DNA of 20,000 nucleotides from an uncultured virus (IMG/VR IMGVR_UViG_3300042905_002851) (IMGVR_UViG_3300042905_002851), one strand, 5' to 3'; positions 7,040 to 15,385 are shown, counted from the stretch's first letter. Made by a program: numbers and translations. The notes: generated from the sequence alone by a model not told the origin.

Positions 7040-7113
7040 TAGTTAATACTGGACTCGAACCAATGACCTATTCCGTATCAGGGAATCGCTCTAACCAACT
7101 GAGCTAATTAACT
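7040..7113 (-). tRNA. trnI: tRNA-Ile(GAU)
   Basis: AGUUAAU/AUUAACU acceptor, GCUC/GAGC D stem, AUUCC-CUGAUAC-GGAAU, T loop UUCGAGU. Confidence 0.93.
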
Positions 7114-7188
7114 ATATTCTCGTCTTTCCGAGATGTCAATAGGGATATTTTGTGTACAATTCAGGACTCTCATATACTTCCTTAGTTG

Positions 7189-7342
7189 TAGTCAGGACAG
7201 GATTCTAACCTGCATGAACACTTTGAATTTTACCTACGCACAGTGAGGTAGTGTTCTTCATCATTCGCATTGCCTTTTCAAAGTGCACTTATTCAAGGTT
7301 GCCGTGCGTGTCACTATGTGTCTAACATTCCACCACCTGACT
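7189..7342 (-). ncRNA. 154-nt tRNA-like RNA: acceptor, D and T arms with a ~100-nt structured insert in place of anticodon and variable arms
   Basis: AGUCAGG/CCUGACU-A acceptor; GUG-GAAUGUUAGA-CAC Leu-like D arm; GCAGG-UUAGAAU-CCUGU T arm; no canonical anticodon arm. Confidence 0.75.
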
Positions 7343-7351
7343 ATTTTAATT

Positions 7352-7444
7352 TTGTAGTTAAGTAGCTGACACACACTCTCGTTTCACCATCTTATGTCAA
7401 CAGGTTAATGCACTTTACGAGTTTCCCGTTTCTTACCACCACAA
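7352..7444 (-). ncRNA. Unidentified ~93-nt structured RNA at head of tRNA operon
   Basis: Closing stem UUGUGGU/ACUACAA, hairpin ACGGG-AAA-CUCGU, 9-bp stem GUUGACAUA/UGUGUCAGC. Confidence 0.5.
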
Positions 7445-7452
7445 TATTTTAA

Positions 7453-7514
7453 TTTCAATGAACTTCTTATTTCTTCACGGGAGTAGGACACCAACCTCTC
7501 ACTTCCTACCCCCG
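7453..7514 (-). promoter_or_regulatory. rrn-like leader: 11-bp hairpin (7478-7514) then boxA-like GUUCAUUGAAA (7453-7463)
   Basis: CGGGGGUAGGA/UCCUACUCCCG stem; AAGUUCAUUGAAAUU matches the element at 472-482. Confidence 0.55.
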
Positions 7515-7526
7515 TTGTTTCTCTTA

Positions 7527-7558
7527 CAAATATATGGCGTTTGTTTTAAACTGCCAAA
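7527..7558 (-). promoter_or_regulatory. Bacteroidota-type promoter of the tRNA/ncRNA operon
   Basis: TTTG-N20-TATATTTG. Confidence 0.8.
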
Positions 7559-7580
7559 CATTTTATGAAAATTTTTTAAT

Positions 7581-8078
7581 TTATTTTATCTCAAATGCAC
7601 ATCTCATGATTTTTTTAGTCTTGGTGGCATCTTCAGGGTTTCCAATAACAACACCATCTTTGATTGTAAACGCATGTCGGTTAACAAGAACAAAGAATGT
7701 GCCTTTTGGGTTTTGTTTAACAAATGTGCCCACAGTCATGTTTCTTTTCTTTGTTTCACCTTTGATTGTCACATCATACATTAATGATCTTAACATTTGG
7801 TCATTATGTCTTATCCCAACAGGACGAATTTTTTTGCCGTTAACCTTAAACAAACTGTCACCCATTTTGACAAGTTTAGATACCGTTCCGTATGTACCAT
7901 TTCTTGGTTTTCTTCCAAATTCATCGGCAACATACCTGTGAGCATAATCATAAGATACTTCAAATGAAGACGCAAATGCTCTAACAACACAATCATTTCT
8001 TTCGCCTTTGGCGGTTGATGACTCAGTATATCCTTTAATTGCGTTTCCTGTGGCTTCGTATGGTAGTTTGTTTTTCAT
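7581..8078 (-). CDS. Hypothetical phage protein with NDCVVRA...HAF motif
   Basis: Start likely MKNKLPY (8078), 4 nt after a TATCTTTA element. Confidence 0.8.
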   Translation of the reverse strand: MKNKLPYEATGNAIKGYTESSTAKGERNDCVVRAFASSFEVSYDYAHRYVADEFGRKPRNGTYGTVSKLVKMGDSLFKVNGKKIRPVGIRHNDQMLRSLMYDVTIKGETKKRNMTVGTFVKQNPKGTFFVLVNRHAFTIKDGVVIGNPEDATKTKKIMRCAFEIK

Positions 8079-8101
8079 ACTGTAAAGATACAAATTTTTT
8101 T

Positions 8102-8197
8102 TTAAATCAAGCCATATTGGTTTAATTCGTATAAATATTTTTCATAGTTTTCTGAGTTAATAAACTCTTCGTGAATTTGTTGGTGTATATCTTCCAT
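8102..8197 (-). CDS. 31-aa microprotein
   Basis: MEDIHQQIHEEFINSENYEKYLYELNQYGLI; AAAAAACA leader, directly after tRNA-Arg. Confidence 0.5.
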   Translation of the reverse strand: MEDIHQQIHEEFINSENYEKYLYELNQYGLI

Positions 8198-8216
8198 TGT
8201 TTTTTTAATTAAATTG

Positions 8217-8288
8217 TAGTCCCGCCTGGATTCGAACCAGGAATAGAAGATTAGAAATCTACTGTGATATCCCTTTCACTACGGAACC
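8217..8288 (-). tRNA. trnR: tRNA-Arg(UCU)
   Basis: GGUUCCG/CGGGACU acceptor, GUGA/UCAC D stem, loop UU-UCU-AA, CCUGG-UUCGAAU-CCAGG. Confidence 0.92.
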
Positions 8289-8294
8289 ATGGTA

Positions 8295-8480
8295 TCAAAT
8301 CTTCTTAATTTCGTATTTATGGCCCGAATCGGTGTTGGTATTTAATATGTTTACCATCTCTTGGACTTTGTCTTTATCATCAAATTCCCACACCTCTCCT
8401 TGTTCGTTTAACATTATCACAGGCAGTATTCGGTTATTTGGAAGACTAACGTTTTTAATAATTACAAATATATTATTCAT
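8295..8480 (-). CDS. Hypothetical protein (61 aa)
   Basis: Start MNNIFVII overlaps upstream stop (ATGAATAA), suggesting translational coupling. Confidence 0.75.
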   Translation of the reverse strand: MNNIFVIIKNVSLPNNRILPVIMLNEQGEVWEFDDKDKVQEMVNILNTNTDSGHKYEIKKI

Positions 8481-9168
8481 TGTATAACATTTCAATAAGT
8501 TCAACATCAATTGGTGCGTATTCTGTTGTTGTTGTCCAACCTTGATAATAAATACTTTCAGGGTATTTGTAAGAGTCATTAAACAACCCTAAAGATTGTG
8601 TTAACTCTTCACGAAGTAAGTGTTTTTGTTCTACTTCATTTGCTCTATTGATATCAACATACATATAACCTTTTACCGATCCAACACTAAAAAGACCCCA
8701 ATTATTTGTTAATAAAGAACGATCTAAATTTGGGCAATAATTGGCAAAACCATCACTTGACCCAAGATAAATAAACATATTGGCATCTTTAGGGTTTTTA
8801 ACAATTTCTATTTCAATAGTGTTAATAATATTATTAAGTTCTGAAACAATATCATTTAATTCTACCATCAAATAATCAATTTTTTCGCCCTCAACATATA
8901 TTTTCATGTTTTTATTCCATTTGAAGGCACTTTCCCTTTTTCCTTTAAATTCGGTATTAAAAACAATTTCATTAAAATAGTCTATTGTTTCTTGAGATCT
9001 TTGTATTTTTTTTGGGGTGTATCCACCGCCATCAGATACCGTCTGTTCGTTTTGCGAATAGAGGTTTTTATTTGTATCATTGGTTTTTTGAGGCTTTACA
9101 TTTAAAAGGCAAAAAACAAAGAAACCTATAATTAATAGGGAAGACAGAGGGCTTATTGTGTTTTTCAT
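8473..9168 (-). CDS. Membrane-anchored/secreted DUF2927-like (zincin-related) protein
   Basis: N-terminal hydrophobic segment; HLLREELTQSLGLFNDS motif; promoter TTTG-N19-TATCTTTG at 9185-9215. Confidence 0.7.
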   Translation of the reverse strand: MKNTISPLSSLLIIGFFVFCLLNVKPQKTNDTNKNLYSQNEQTVSDGGGYTPKKIQRSQETIDYFNEIVFNTEFKGKRESAFKWNKNMKIYVEGEKIDYLMVELNDIVSELNNIINTIEIEIVKNPKDANMFIYLGSSDGFANYCPNLDRSLLTNNWGLFSVGSVKGYMYVDINRANEVEQKHLLREELTQSLGLFNDSYKYPESIYYQGWTTTTEYAPIDVELIEMLYNE

Positions 9169-9184
9169 AGTAGATTAATTTCTA

Positions 9185-9215
9185 CAAAGATATATAAAAA
9201 AATTAGATAAACAAA
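9185..9215 (-). promoter_or_regulatory. Bacteroidota-type promoter
   Basis: TTTG-N19-TATCTTTG. Confidence 0.7.
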
Positions 9216-9222
9216 AAAAAAA

Positions 9223-10938
9223 TTAAATTAAAGCTTCTCCCATATCATCTATATTTTGAACTATTGGACAAACCATATTTTCTGCTAAAATTTCTAATCT
9301 TTTAAATACTGTTGTTTGTGCCGCGGTTTCTGTTACCGTATTTTTAAGCGCCGAATAAACAAACCCTTCCATAGACCCCTTCCCGCTCCCAATTTTTTTC
9401 ATGGCCAGATCCAACCAAGCTTCTAGCGCGGATTTTACAATTATTTTTGTAAATTTAGAACAATTAGTAAAAAATTCTTTGTAGTCAGCAACATCTAAAT
9501 TTGCAAAAACATTTATAATAAGTAATGTGATAAAATCATCCGCCTTAAACCCAAGTTTTTTGACAATGTAAGTAACGATGGTTTCTTTTGCACCCCCCAT
9601 TAGTTTGTCTCCTAAGTTAAACCCAAGACCACCAAAGATATCGCCAGCAAGACCTTCATTTAATCTGTTTAATTTTTTCATAGATTTTTGAAGATCAAAA
9701 TAGGCACTTAAAACTAACTGAGATGAAAAATCCTCAACCAACTCTTTATTAAAATTATATTGATGTTTTTTAACATTATTAAACGAAAATTTTCTATGTT
9801 CTTCATTTAAAATATTATTGATCTTAAACTCTAAAGTTGATTCTGCTGTGATATTGCCCTGAGTAACTGTTCCAAGACCAGTCGCTAAATTCTGTAAACC
9901 ATAATACGTAGGGTCACCTATTAAGGCTTCAAAATCATCTTTAAGACCAAGTATTCCTCCCGCTTTAAACATTCCTTTTTTATTACAACTAATTGTACTT
10001 AACTTTCTTTGTATTAGTTTTTCATTACACTGATCTTTAGTAACACTTTTATCGTTATTTTTACAAGCTTTAAGTAGTCTTACAAATTCTCTACATTGAT
10101 CAGGAGTTGGGTCAAAAACAACACCACCATTTCTAGTTGGCCAATACGCCTTAGTTGTGGCCACACTTGAGTCAATCCCCATAGTTCCCAAATTGTCTTT
10201 TGCCGATTTTAAAGTAAACCCTAAACCCAATTCAGTTTGATTTGAAGGTTGTATGTCGGTAAATCCTTGTTCTTTCATTATCTTGTCAGTTTCTTCGGCG
10301 TTGTCAAGAAATTGTTGACTACCACCCTCAACTTTTCTCCAAACTTTTCCCTGAGGATCACCATCCCAAGGCAATTGTTTACCATTTTGTCTTAAATCTC
10401 TATATTCAACTGCAATAAAATTACTCATATTAGACGGTTCAGCAGTGGTATACATACCACCATATCTTTTTAAATAAGAATCTAACACCGCTTTATTATA
10501 TTCAGATAAATTACCTTGACCATAATCCTCAAATCTTTGTAGTTCTCCACATCCGGTTCCAGCTCCTCCTGGGAATCTTTGAGGTTTTAGTCCTGAGGCA
10601 ACTGTATAAGCTAATAAACCTCTTTTTCCTGATTGTGTGTTAGGATCTACAACACCAAAAACCACAATATTTTCACTACCAAGTTTACCCGACGCATAGG
10701 CAACAGCATCTGGTGTCATATTGTAAATTTCGGGAAACTTATTCATTAAAGGAACATTTCCATCTATAGGGGATGATGGTGTCATTGATTTTATACCACC
10801 TAAAAACTTTAAAGTTGGGCAATTTGTTTTGGCGTTTGATAATACCAAATTAGTGTCTTTATAATTTATACCTCTTCCGGTTTTACCTACCACATATTCT
10901 TCATTTAAAATTTTACTTAAAATACTACTTACATCCAT
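9223..10938 (-). CDS. Large hypothetical protein, candidate virion/head protein
   Basis: 571 aa; ILNEE motif occurs twice; helical, partly hydrophobic C-terminal domain. Confidence 0.85.
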   Translation of the reverse strand: MDVSSILSKILNEEYVVGKTGRGINYKDTNLVLSNAKTNCPTLKFLGGIKSMTPSSPIDGNVPLMNKFPEIYNMTPDAVAYASGKLGSENIVVFGVVDPNTQSGKRGLLAYTVASGLKPQRFPGGAGTGCGELQRFEDYGQGNLSEYNKAVLDSYLKRYGGMYTTAEPSNMSNFIAVEYRDLRQNGKQLPWDGDPQGKVWRKVEGGSQQFLDNAEETDKIMKEQGFTDIQPSNQTELGLGFTLKSAKDNLGTMGIDSSVATTKAYWPTRNGGVVFDPTPDQCREFVRLLKACKNNDKSVTKDQCNEKLIQRKLSTISCNKKGMFKAGGILGLKDDFEALIGDPTYYGLQNLATGLGTVTQGNITAESTLEFKINNILNEEHRKFSFNNVKKHQYNFNKELVEDFSSQLVLSAYFDLQKSMKKLNRLNEGLAGDIFGGLGFNLGDKLMGGAKETIVTYIVKKLGFKADDFITLLIINVFANLDVADYKEFFTNCSKFTKIIVKSALEAWLDLAMKKIGSGKGSMEGFVYSALKNTVTETAAQTTVFKRLEILAENMVCPIVQNIDDMGEALI

Positions 10939-10950
10939 TTTTTTTATTTT

Positions 10951-12288
10951 TTAAATTTGAAAACTTCCTCCACCATAACTTTTAGCACATATAGCACTCA
11001 TGTCTGAAGAAGTGAAACTTTTTTTATTTATTTTATTTTTTAGTGCGTCTTCTGTTTCTTGATTAAAGAATCCATTAGGCGTTACTCCCAAACAATCTTG
11101 AGCCTTTTTAATATTGTCATCACCTTTTTTTCCGATACATCCTTTATAATAAGGTGGTTCACATTCAACATATTTATTTCCTTCGGAATCTTTAAGGTTT
11201 TCATCATTAGGTCCTTCATCTTCTGTGTCTCCACCGCCTCCACCGCCTCCGCCGCCTCCGCCTCCGCCGTCTCCACCATCAGGAATACAACCTTTTCCTT
11301 CAACCATATGAGTTCCTGGTTCACAAGGGTTTGGAGCATTATCTCCAAACAATTTTTTATATAACCAATAAGCCCCAACCGCTAATGATCCCCATTTAAC
11401 AATTGACCATACAATGGCCCATCTATTACCTTTAGCAAAAAGTCTACCAAAAAATCCCGTATTAGACCTAGTTTCAGATTCTATAACTCTTAACATTCCA
11501 TCAGGATCTCTTCTACCCCAATCATCAAAATTTTTAAAACCACTATTTCGCGCTAAATCATCCGCATCTTTACCTGTAGCCTTATAAAGATCATCAGCAT
11601 ATCCATCCAAATATTTTGCATATTCAGCATTACTCATATTTTTAACGTTATTGTTAATATTGATGTTAATATTTTGAGAATTTTTACCTGCGTTTTTACC
11701 TGCGTTTTTACCTGTGTTTTTACCTGTGTTTTTAACTAAGTTTTCGCCCGTGTTACCTATAATAGATAATCTTTTTGTGTTAGATTTAAAAAGAGCCTCC
11801 GCTTGTTGTGGACCTATTTTCATGTCTTTTGTTACCCTTGAAATAAACTCTGATTTATTTAAATTCCCATACTTATTAATAAAACTTGCTCCCTCCACCG
11901 TTTTATCGGCAATACCCTGAAGTAATTTAATATCTGTTGTGTTTCTAAATGCGTTTCTATAAACTTTTCCAGCTTCAGCTGGCGCTAGTTTACCAGCCTT
12001 TAGTGCTCCAATAATTTCATCAGTTGTTTTTAATAATGTTATTCCGTCTTTAGCGGTAATAGTAAGTTTTTTACCTTGATTTAAAGCGGTTCTTAATTCA
12101 TTTTCTGATGCTTTCAACATTTGTCTTTCTATTTTTGCAATATCGTCAACAGTTTTTATAGTGTTAACAACCGTATCACCCTTACCTTCTTTTAAAATAA
12201 TTTCTTCGTTTTCAGTTAAAGTTGATTTCATATCATAATTTGATAATAATCTAATCCTTAATATTTCGTTTAGTATTTCTTTTTCCAT
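10951..12288 (-). CDS. TM protein with Gly-rich linker and C-terminal peptidoglycan-binding-like domain
   Basis: Start likely MEKEILNE; TM WAIVWSIVKWGSLAVGAYWLY; poly-Gly; IKKAQDCLGVTPNGFFNQETEDALK resembles PG_binding_1. Confidence 0.7.
   Translation of the reverse strand: MEKEILNEILRIRLLSNYDMKSTLTENEEIILKEGKGDTVVNTIKTVDDIAKIERQMLKASENELRTALNQGKKLTITAKDGITLLKTTDEIIGALKAGKLAPAEAGKVYRNAFRNTTDIKLLQGIADKTVEGASFINKYGNLNKSEFISRVTKDMKIGPQQAEALFKSNTKRLSIIGNTGENLVKNTGKNTGKNAGKNAGKNSQNINININNNVKNMSNAEYAKYLDGYADDLYKATGKDADDLARNSGFKNFDDWGRRDPDGMLRVIESETRSNTGFFGRLFAKGNRWAIVWSIVKWGSLAVGAYWLYKKLFGDNAPNPCEPGTHMVEGKGCIPDGGDGGGGGGGGGGGGGDTEDEGPNDENLKDSEGNKYVECEPPYYKGCIGKKGDDNIKKAQDCLGVTPNGFFNQETEDALKNKINKKSFTSSDMSAICAKSYGGGSFQI
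11681..11733. repeat. 12-bp tandem repeat x4 encoding KN(T/A)G
   Basis: TTTTTACCTGYG units. Confidence 0.9.
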
Positions 12289-12289
12289 A

Positions 12290-13603
12290 TTAATCATTTC
12301 CCCATGCATTTATATCGTCCAAATTATTCTCACCAGTATCTAAAGCTGCCAATAAATCATCAGATTTTGTTGCCAATTCTTTATTTTGTTTTTCAACCGA
12401 TGCCGCATTAATTGCGTTTTGTTTATCCATTTCTTTCTTTTTGGTTTCTAAATCGGAAAGTTTTTCTTTTTGTATTTCACCATAAGCTCCTAATCCAGTT
12501 ATTAATCCAAGTTGTATTAAAACAGGTCTAAATTGTGGTTTACTAAATAATGATTTTATTGAATTTAAAAACCCGGTAACTACCTTTCCAAGACCAGTTA
12601 AAGCCGGTCCAAATAACTTAGCAAAAAAACCTGTTCCAAGTTTTGCAGAATGCTGAGCGAATTTAGCTGGTAAATCTTTCATCGCTCCAACCATTTTTGT
12701 AAGAATTCCCATTATGGATTTGTTTTTAGCGATTGTTACTGCCGCTTCAGCCCCTGAAGAAATTCCTTTAAAAACCCCTTTTATTACGGCTCTTGCTCCT
12801 CCCGCAGCTGCCCCAGCAAAAACTAACCCTAAAACATCACATCCAAAAAATAAATATCTTACCCACATAGGATCATCTTTGTTTTCATAATCTTCGTTAA
12901 TAAATTCATAAAGGTCTAACGCAACAATGATCGCCCAAACAACTACCTGACCAATTTTACCAACACCAGTCGCTATTAAAATGGCATCTACAATCATACC
13001 AACAGTGCTATAAGCGGCGGACCTTATTTTTCTTGCCGCCCATAAAAACCCTCTGCCAATTATTGCCATAAGTTCTGTAAAATCCCCTTTAGAAATTGCA
13101 ATACCTGCCGCTTTTATACCATCCCAAGCTTGTGAAAGTGTGTCTTTAATGCCTGTGTAGGTTGATTTTACGGTGTCTACCACAAAATTACCCACAGCTT
13201 TTACTCCCTGTACTCCTTTATTCCAAAGCCATTGGATTGCATTATCTTCTTTAATTAAAATTTTAATTAAATGTTTAATTGACGATAAATCTCTATTACC
13301 TTCCATTATAAGTCTTTTGGAAAAAAAGTTAGACGCTTCTTCTTTTATTACCGATGTAAATTTGGAAGTTTTATAAAGATGTTCTAAAAATAAAAATAGG
13401 TTGTCTGGATTTTTCCAAATATCCCCTAAATTTGTTTTTGTTTTTACTTCAATTAATTGATCCATAAATACGACATATTTATTATCGGAACTTAACCAAT
13501 TTGTAAAAACAACATCATCTTCAATTAAAAAAGATTTATTGTTAGAATGTTGTTTTAATAACTCTCTTTTTTCAGATTCATTAATTTGTATATTTCTTAC
13601 CAT
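12290..13603 (-). CDS. Hypothetical membrane protein with Gly/Ala-rich hydrophobic helices; candidate ejection protein
   Basis: 437 aa; hydrophobic hairpin TVGMIVDAILIATGVGKIGQVVVWAIIVALD, further TM-like segments, coiled-coil-like C-terminus. Confidence 0.8.
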   Translation of the reverse strand: MVRNIQINESEKRELLKQHSNNKSFLIEDDVVFTNWLSSDNKYVVFMDQLIEVKTKTNLGDIWKNPDNLFLFLEHLYKTSKFTSVIKEEASNFFSKRLIMEGNRDLSSIKHLIKILIKEDNAIQWLWNKGVQGVKAVGNFVVDTVKSTYTGIKDTLSQAWDGIKAAGIAISKGDFTELMAIIGRGFLWAARKIRSAAYSTVGMIVDAILIATGVGKIGQVVVWAIIVALDLYEFINEDYENKDDPMWVRYLFFGCDVLGLVFAGAAAGGARAVIKGVFKGISSGAEAAVTIAKNKSIMGILTKMVGAMKDLPAKFAQHSAKLGTGFFAKLFGPALTGLGKVVTGFLNSIKSLFSKPQFRPVLIQLGLITGLGAYGEIQKEKLSDLETKKKEMDKQNAINAASVEKQNKELATKSDDLLAALDTGENNLDDINAWGND

Positions 13604-13629
13604 AATTTATAAATATCTACTAATTTTGT

Positions 13630-13860
13630 TTATAATAAAGTATTTGACTTACCTCTCGTTATTTTGTATAAATCTTTCCATTTGGCCTTGTAATCAATTT
13701 GATTTGCAACACTTCTTGTTAACCCCGTCTCCCATTTTGTTACAGTAGGATATGCAGCTCCACCTGTGGATGGTGGCGACTCATCTTGTTCCCCCATTTC
13801 TTTTTTATTTGTTGGGTAAGTATATGTTGTTAACAAATAAATAATTTTATCTAAATCCAT
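13630..13860 (-). CDS. Hypothetical protein (76 aa)
   Basis: ORF with TATTTAT at 13870-13876 and A-rich leader. Confidence 0.75.
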   Translation of the reverse strand: MDLDKIIYLLTTYTYPTNKKEMGEQDESPPSTGGAAYPTVTKWETGLTRSVANQIDYKAKWKDLYKITRGKSNTLL

Positions 13861-13900
13861 TTTTTTTTTATAAATAGTTTTAAAAACATAAAAAAATGGT

Positions 13901-13908
13901 TATATTTG
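13901..13908 (+). promoter_or_regulatory. TAnnTTTG -7 element
   Basis: TATATTTG 15 nt before the lipoprotein ATG. Confidence 0.55.
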
Positions 13909-13923
13909 TAAAAACAATTAAAT

Positions 13924-14424
13924 ATGAAAAAAATACTTATATCCTTTATTTCCTTAGTTTTAATAACTTCTTGTGTGAAATACGCCCAACCACCTCTACT
14001 TAGTTTAAGTGGTGAATATAGAATTGATAAAATTACCTATGAAAATAGGGACAACTCAGGTTTAAATCAAGTTTTCTATCCTGGCGATCTTTATGTTAAT
14101 GAAAGTGAAACAAAGCCAATAGACTCTATCTCTGTTGGTTTTACAAGGTTGGCATTGGATTATTCCATAATATATTTTAACCCTGTTGATTTACCGAGTG
14201 GTGGCACAACTTGGAGTAAAAAATATACTTACTATACTCATGGCCAACGTAGTGTATATGATTATGGTTATATTGTTTTTAACTATGATGGAACTCGTCG
14301 TGTGTGGAAAATTCTTGATGATGGGGTAGAGAGTCTTGCAATAAGAACTTCAGGTAGTTATGATTTTGGGTCAAATACTAGTGGGGAAACAACAACCATG
14401 TTTTTAACTAGAGTTGGTCCTTAA
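13924..14424 (+). CDS. Lipoprotein, lipocalin-like beta-barrel
   Basis: MKKILISFISLVLITS/C lipobox; LSGEYRIDK first-strand motif; beta-rich; ends MFLTR. Confidence 0.7.
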   Translation: MKKILISFISLVLITSCVKYAQPPLLSLSGEYRIDKITYENRDNSGLNQVFYPGDLYVNESETKPIDSISVGFTRLALDYSIIYFNPVDLPSGGTTWSKKYTYYTHGQRSVYDYGYIVFNYDGTRRVWKILDDGVESLAIRTSGSYDFGSNTSGETTTMFLTRVGP

Positions 14425-14720
14425 GTAAATTCAGGTTTTGGTAATTTATCTGGATTAATAACGTAATACTCATTTAAAAAAATCATTAGATTATCCTCAT
14501 CAATTGATGGGGATTCTAACCAATAAAATTCGTCTTCATCTTCTTCGTCTTGGGTATTGTAATCTTCCATTATTATTTCATACCCAAAATCAGAAGCTTC
14601 GCTTAAACTAATAAAATCCGTTCTCATCTCTTCTTCAGAATCAATATTTAATCTAAAATGAACCTCAACAGTGTTTATATTTTCGTGAAGATAAAAAAAT
14701 ATTAATTCTTGAATTTCCAT
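14421..14720 (-). CDS. Small highly acidic hypothetical protein
   Basis: 99 aa, D/E-rich (DEEDEDE). Confidence 0.8.
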   Translation of the reverse strand: MEIQELIFFYLHENINTVEVHFRLNIDSEEEMRTDFISLSEASDFGYEIIMEDYNTQDEEDEDEFYWLESPSIDEDNLMIFLNEYYVINPDKLPKPEFT

Positions 14721-14722
14721 TT

Positions 14723-15385
14723 TTAATTATAATTTTTAAATTTTTTAAACATATTTAAAGACTCATTTATGTTTGATAAAACATCATATTGGTTTTCTTC
14801 GTCAACACTAGAAATATCTAAGTCATCAGAAAAATTATAATCTTCATCATCTTCCGTTTCATCATCTTCCGTTTCATCATCTTCCGTTTCATCATTATCC
14901 GAATATAAACCATCTGTTGAGTAATCCTCTAACTCATCAATGTCATATTCATATTGATCTAAATTTTGACTCATTTCATCTTTAAAATTACCATAGCTCA
15001 CATATTCTTGTTCGTTTTCGTTTGGAGAAGGGTAGTTATCATTCATAGTGTCTTTATCTACTAAATTAGTATCAGAAAAATTATCAAAATCAACAGTTCC
15101 GTTTTTTAAATGACGGTATTTCATATTACTTTGAGATTGTGGGTCACCACCAATCATGTCTGATCCTGTGTGTGTTTCATTAATATTCATGTTGCTATAT
15201 GGTTTAACAACTCCTTTGTTATTTACAGTTAAACCCATCTTATCGTTTGCCAAATCCTGAACATATAATGGAGTCTGATTACTCTGTTGATTATATTTAG
15301 TCACATAACCATCATAAATATGTTTATGTTGATCCAAGATATTGTCTTTTTCTTGTTTATCCATTTTAAAAAAATATGCGTTCAT
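14723..15385 (-). CDS. Acidic low-complexity hypothetical protein
   Basis: Start likely MNAYFFK (TATTTAT at 15403-15409 lies between the two ATGs); DDETE repeats. Confidence 0.8.
   Translation of the reverse strand: MNAYFFKMDKQEKDNILDQHKHIYDGYVTKYNQQSNQTPLYVQDLANDKMGLTVNNKGVVKPYSNMNINETHTGSDMIGGDPQSQSNMKYRHLKNGTVDFDNFSDTNLVDKDTMNDNYPSPNENEQEYVSYGNFKDEMSQNLDQYEYDIDELEDYSTDGLYSDNDETEDDETEDDETEDDEDYNFSDDLDISSVDEENQYDVLSNINESLNMFKKFKNYN
14844..14895. repeat. 15-bp tandem repeat x3 encoding DDETE
   Basis: ATCTTCCGTTTCATC repeated three times. Confidence 0.95.

Noticed and set aside
7189..7342. tmRNA or c-di-GMP riboswitch
   Set aside because: No G3-U70 Ala identity and far too short for tmRNA; the CACGCAC-GGCAACC resemblance lacks the riboswitch P2/P3 architecture
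8217..8288. Amber suppressor tRNA (CUA in loop) and stop-codon recoding
   Set aside because: The 7-nt loop register gives anticodon UCU; ORFs are intact in code 11, and TAG/TGA act as real stops (3871, 18118, 19138, 8295)
8465..8472. TATATTTG promoter for tRNA-Arg
   Set aside because: Lies within codons 3-6 of a CDS with no convincing -33 TTTG; may be chance
1603..14895. CRISPR array
   Set aside because: Repeats found are contiguous, in-frame 12-15 bp coding repeats without spacers; no cas genes seen
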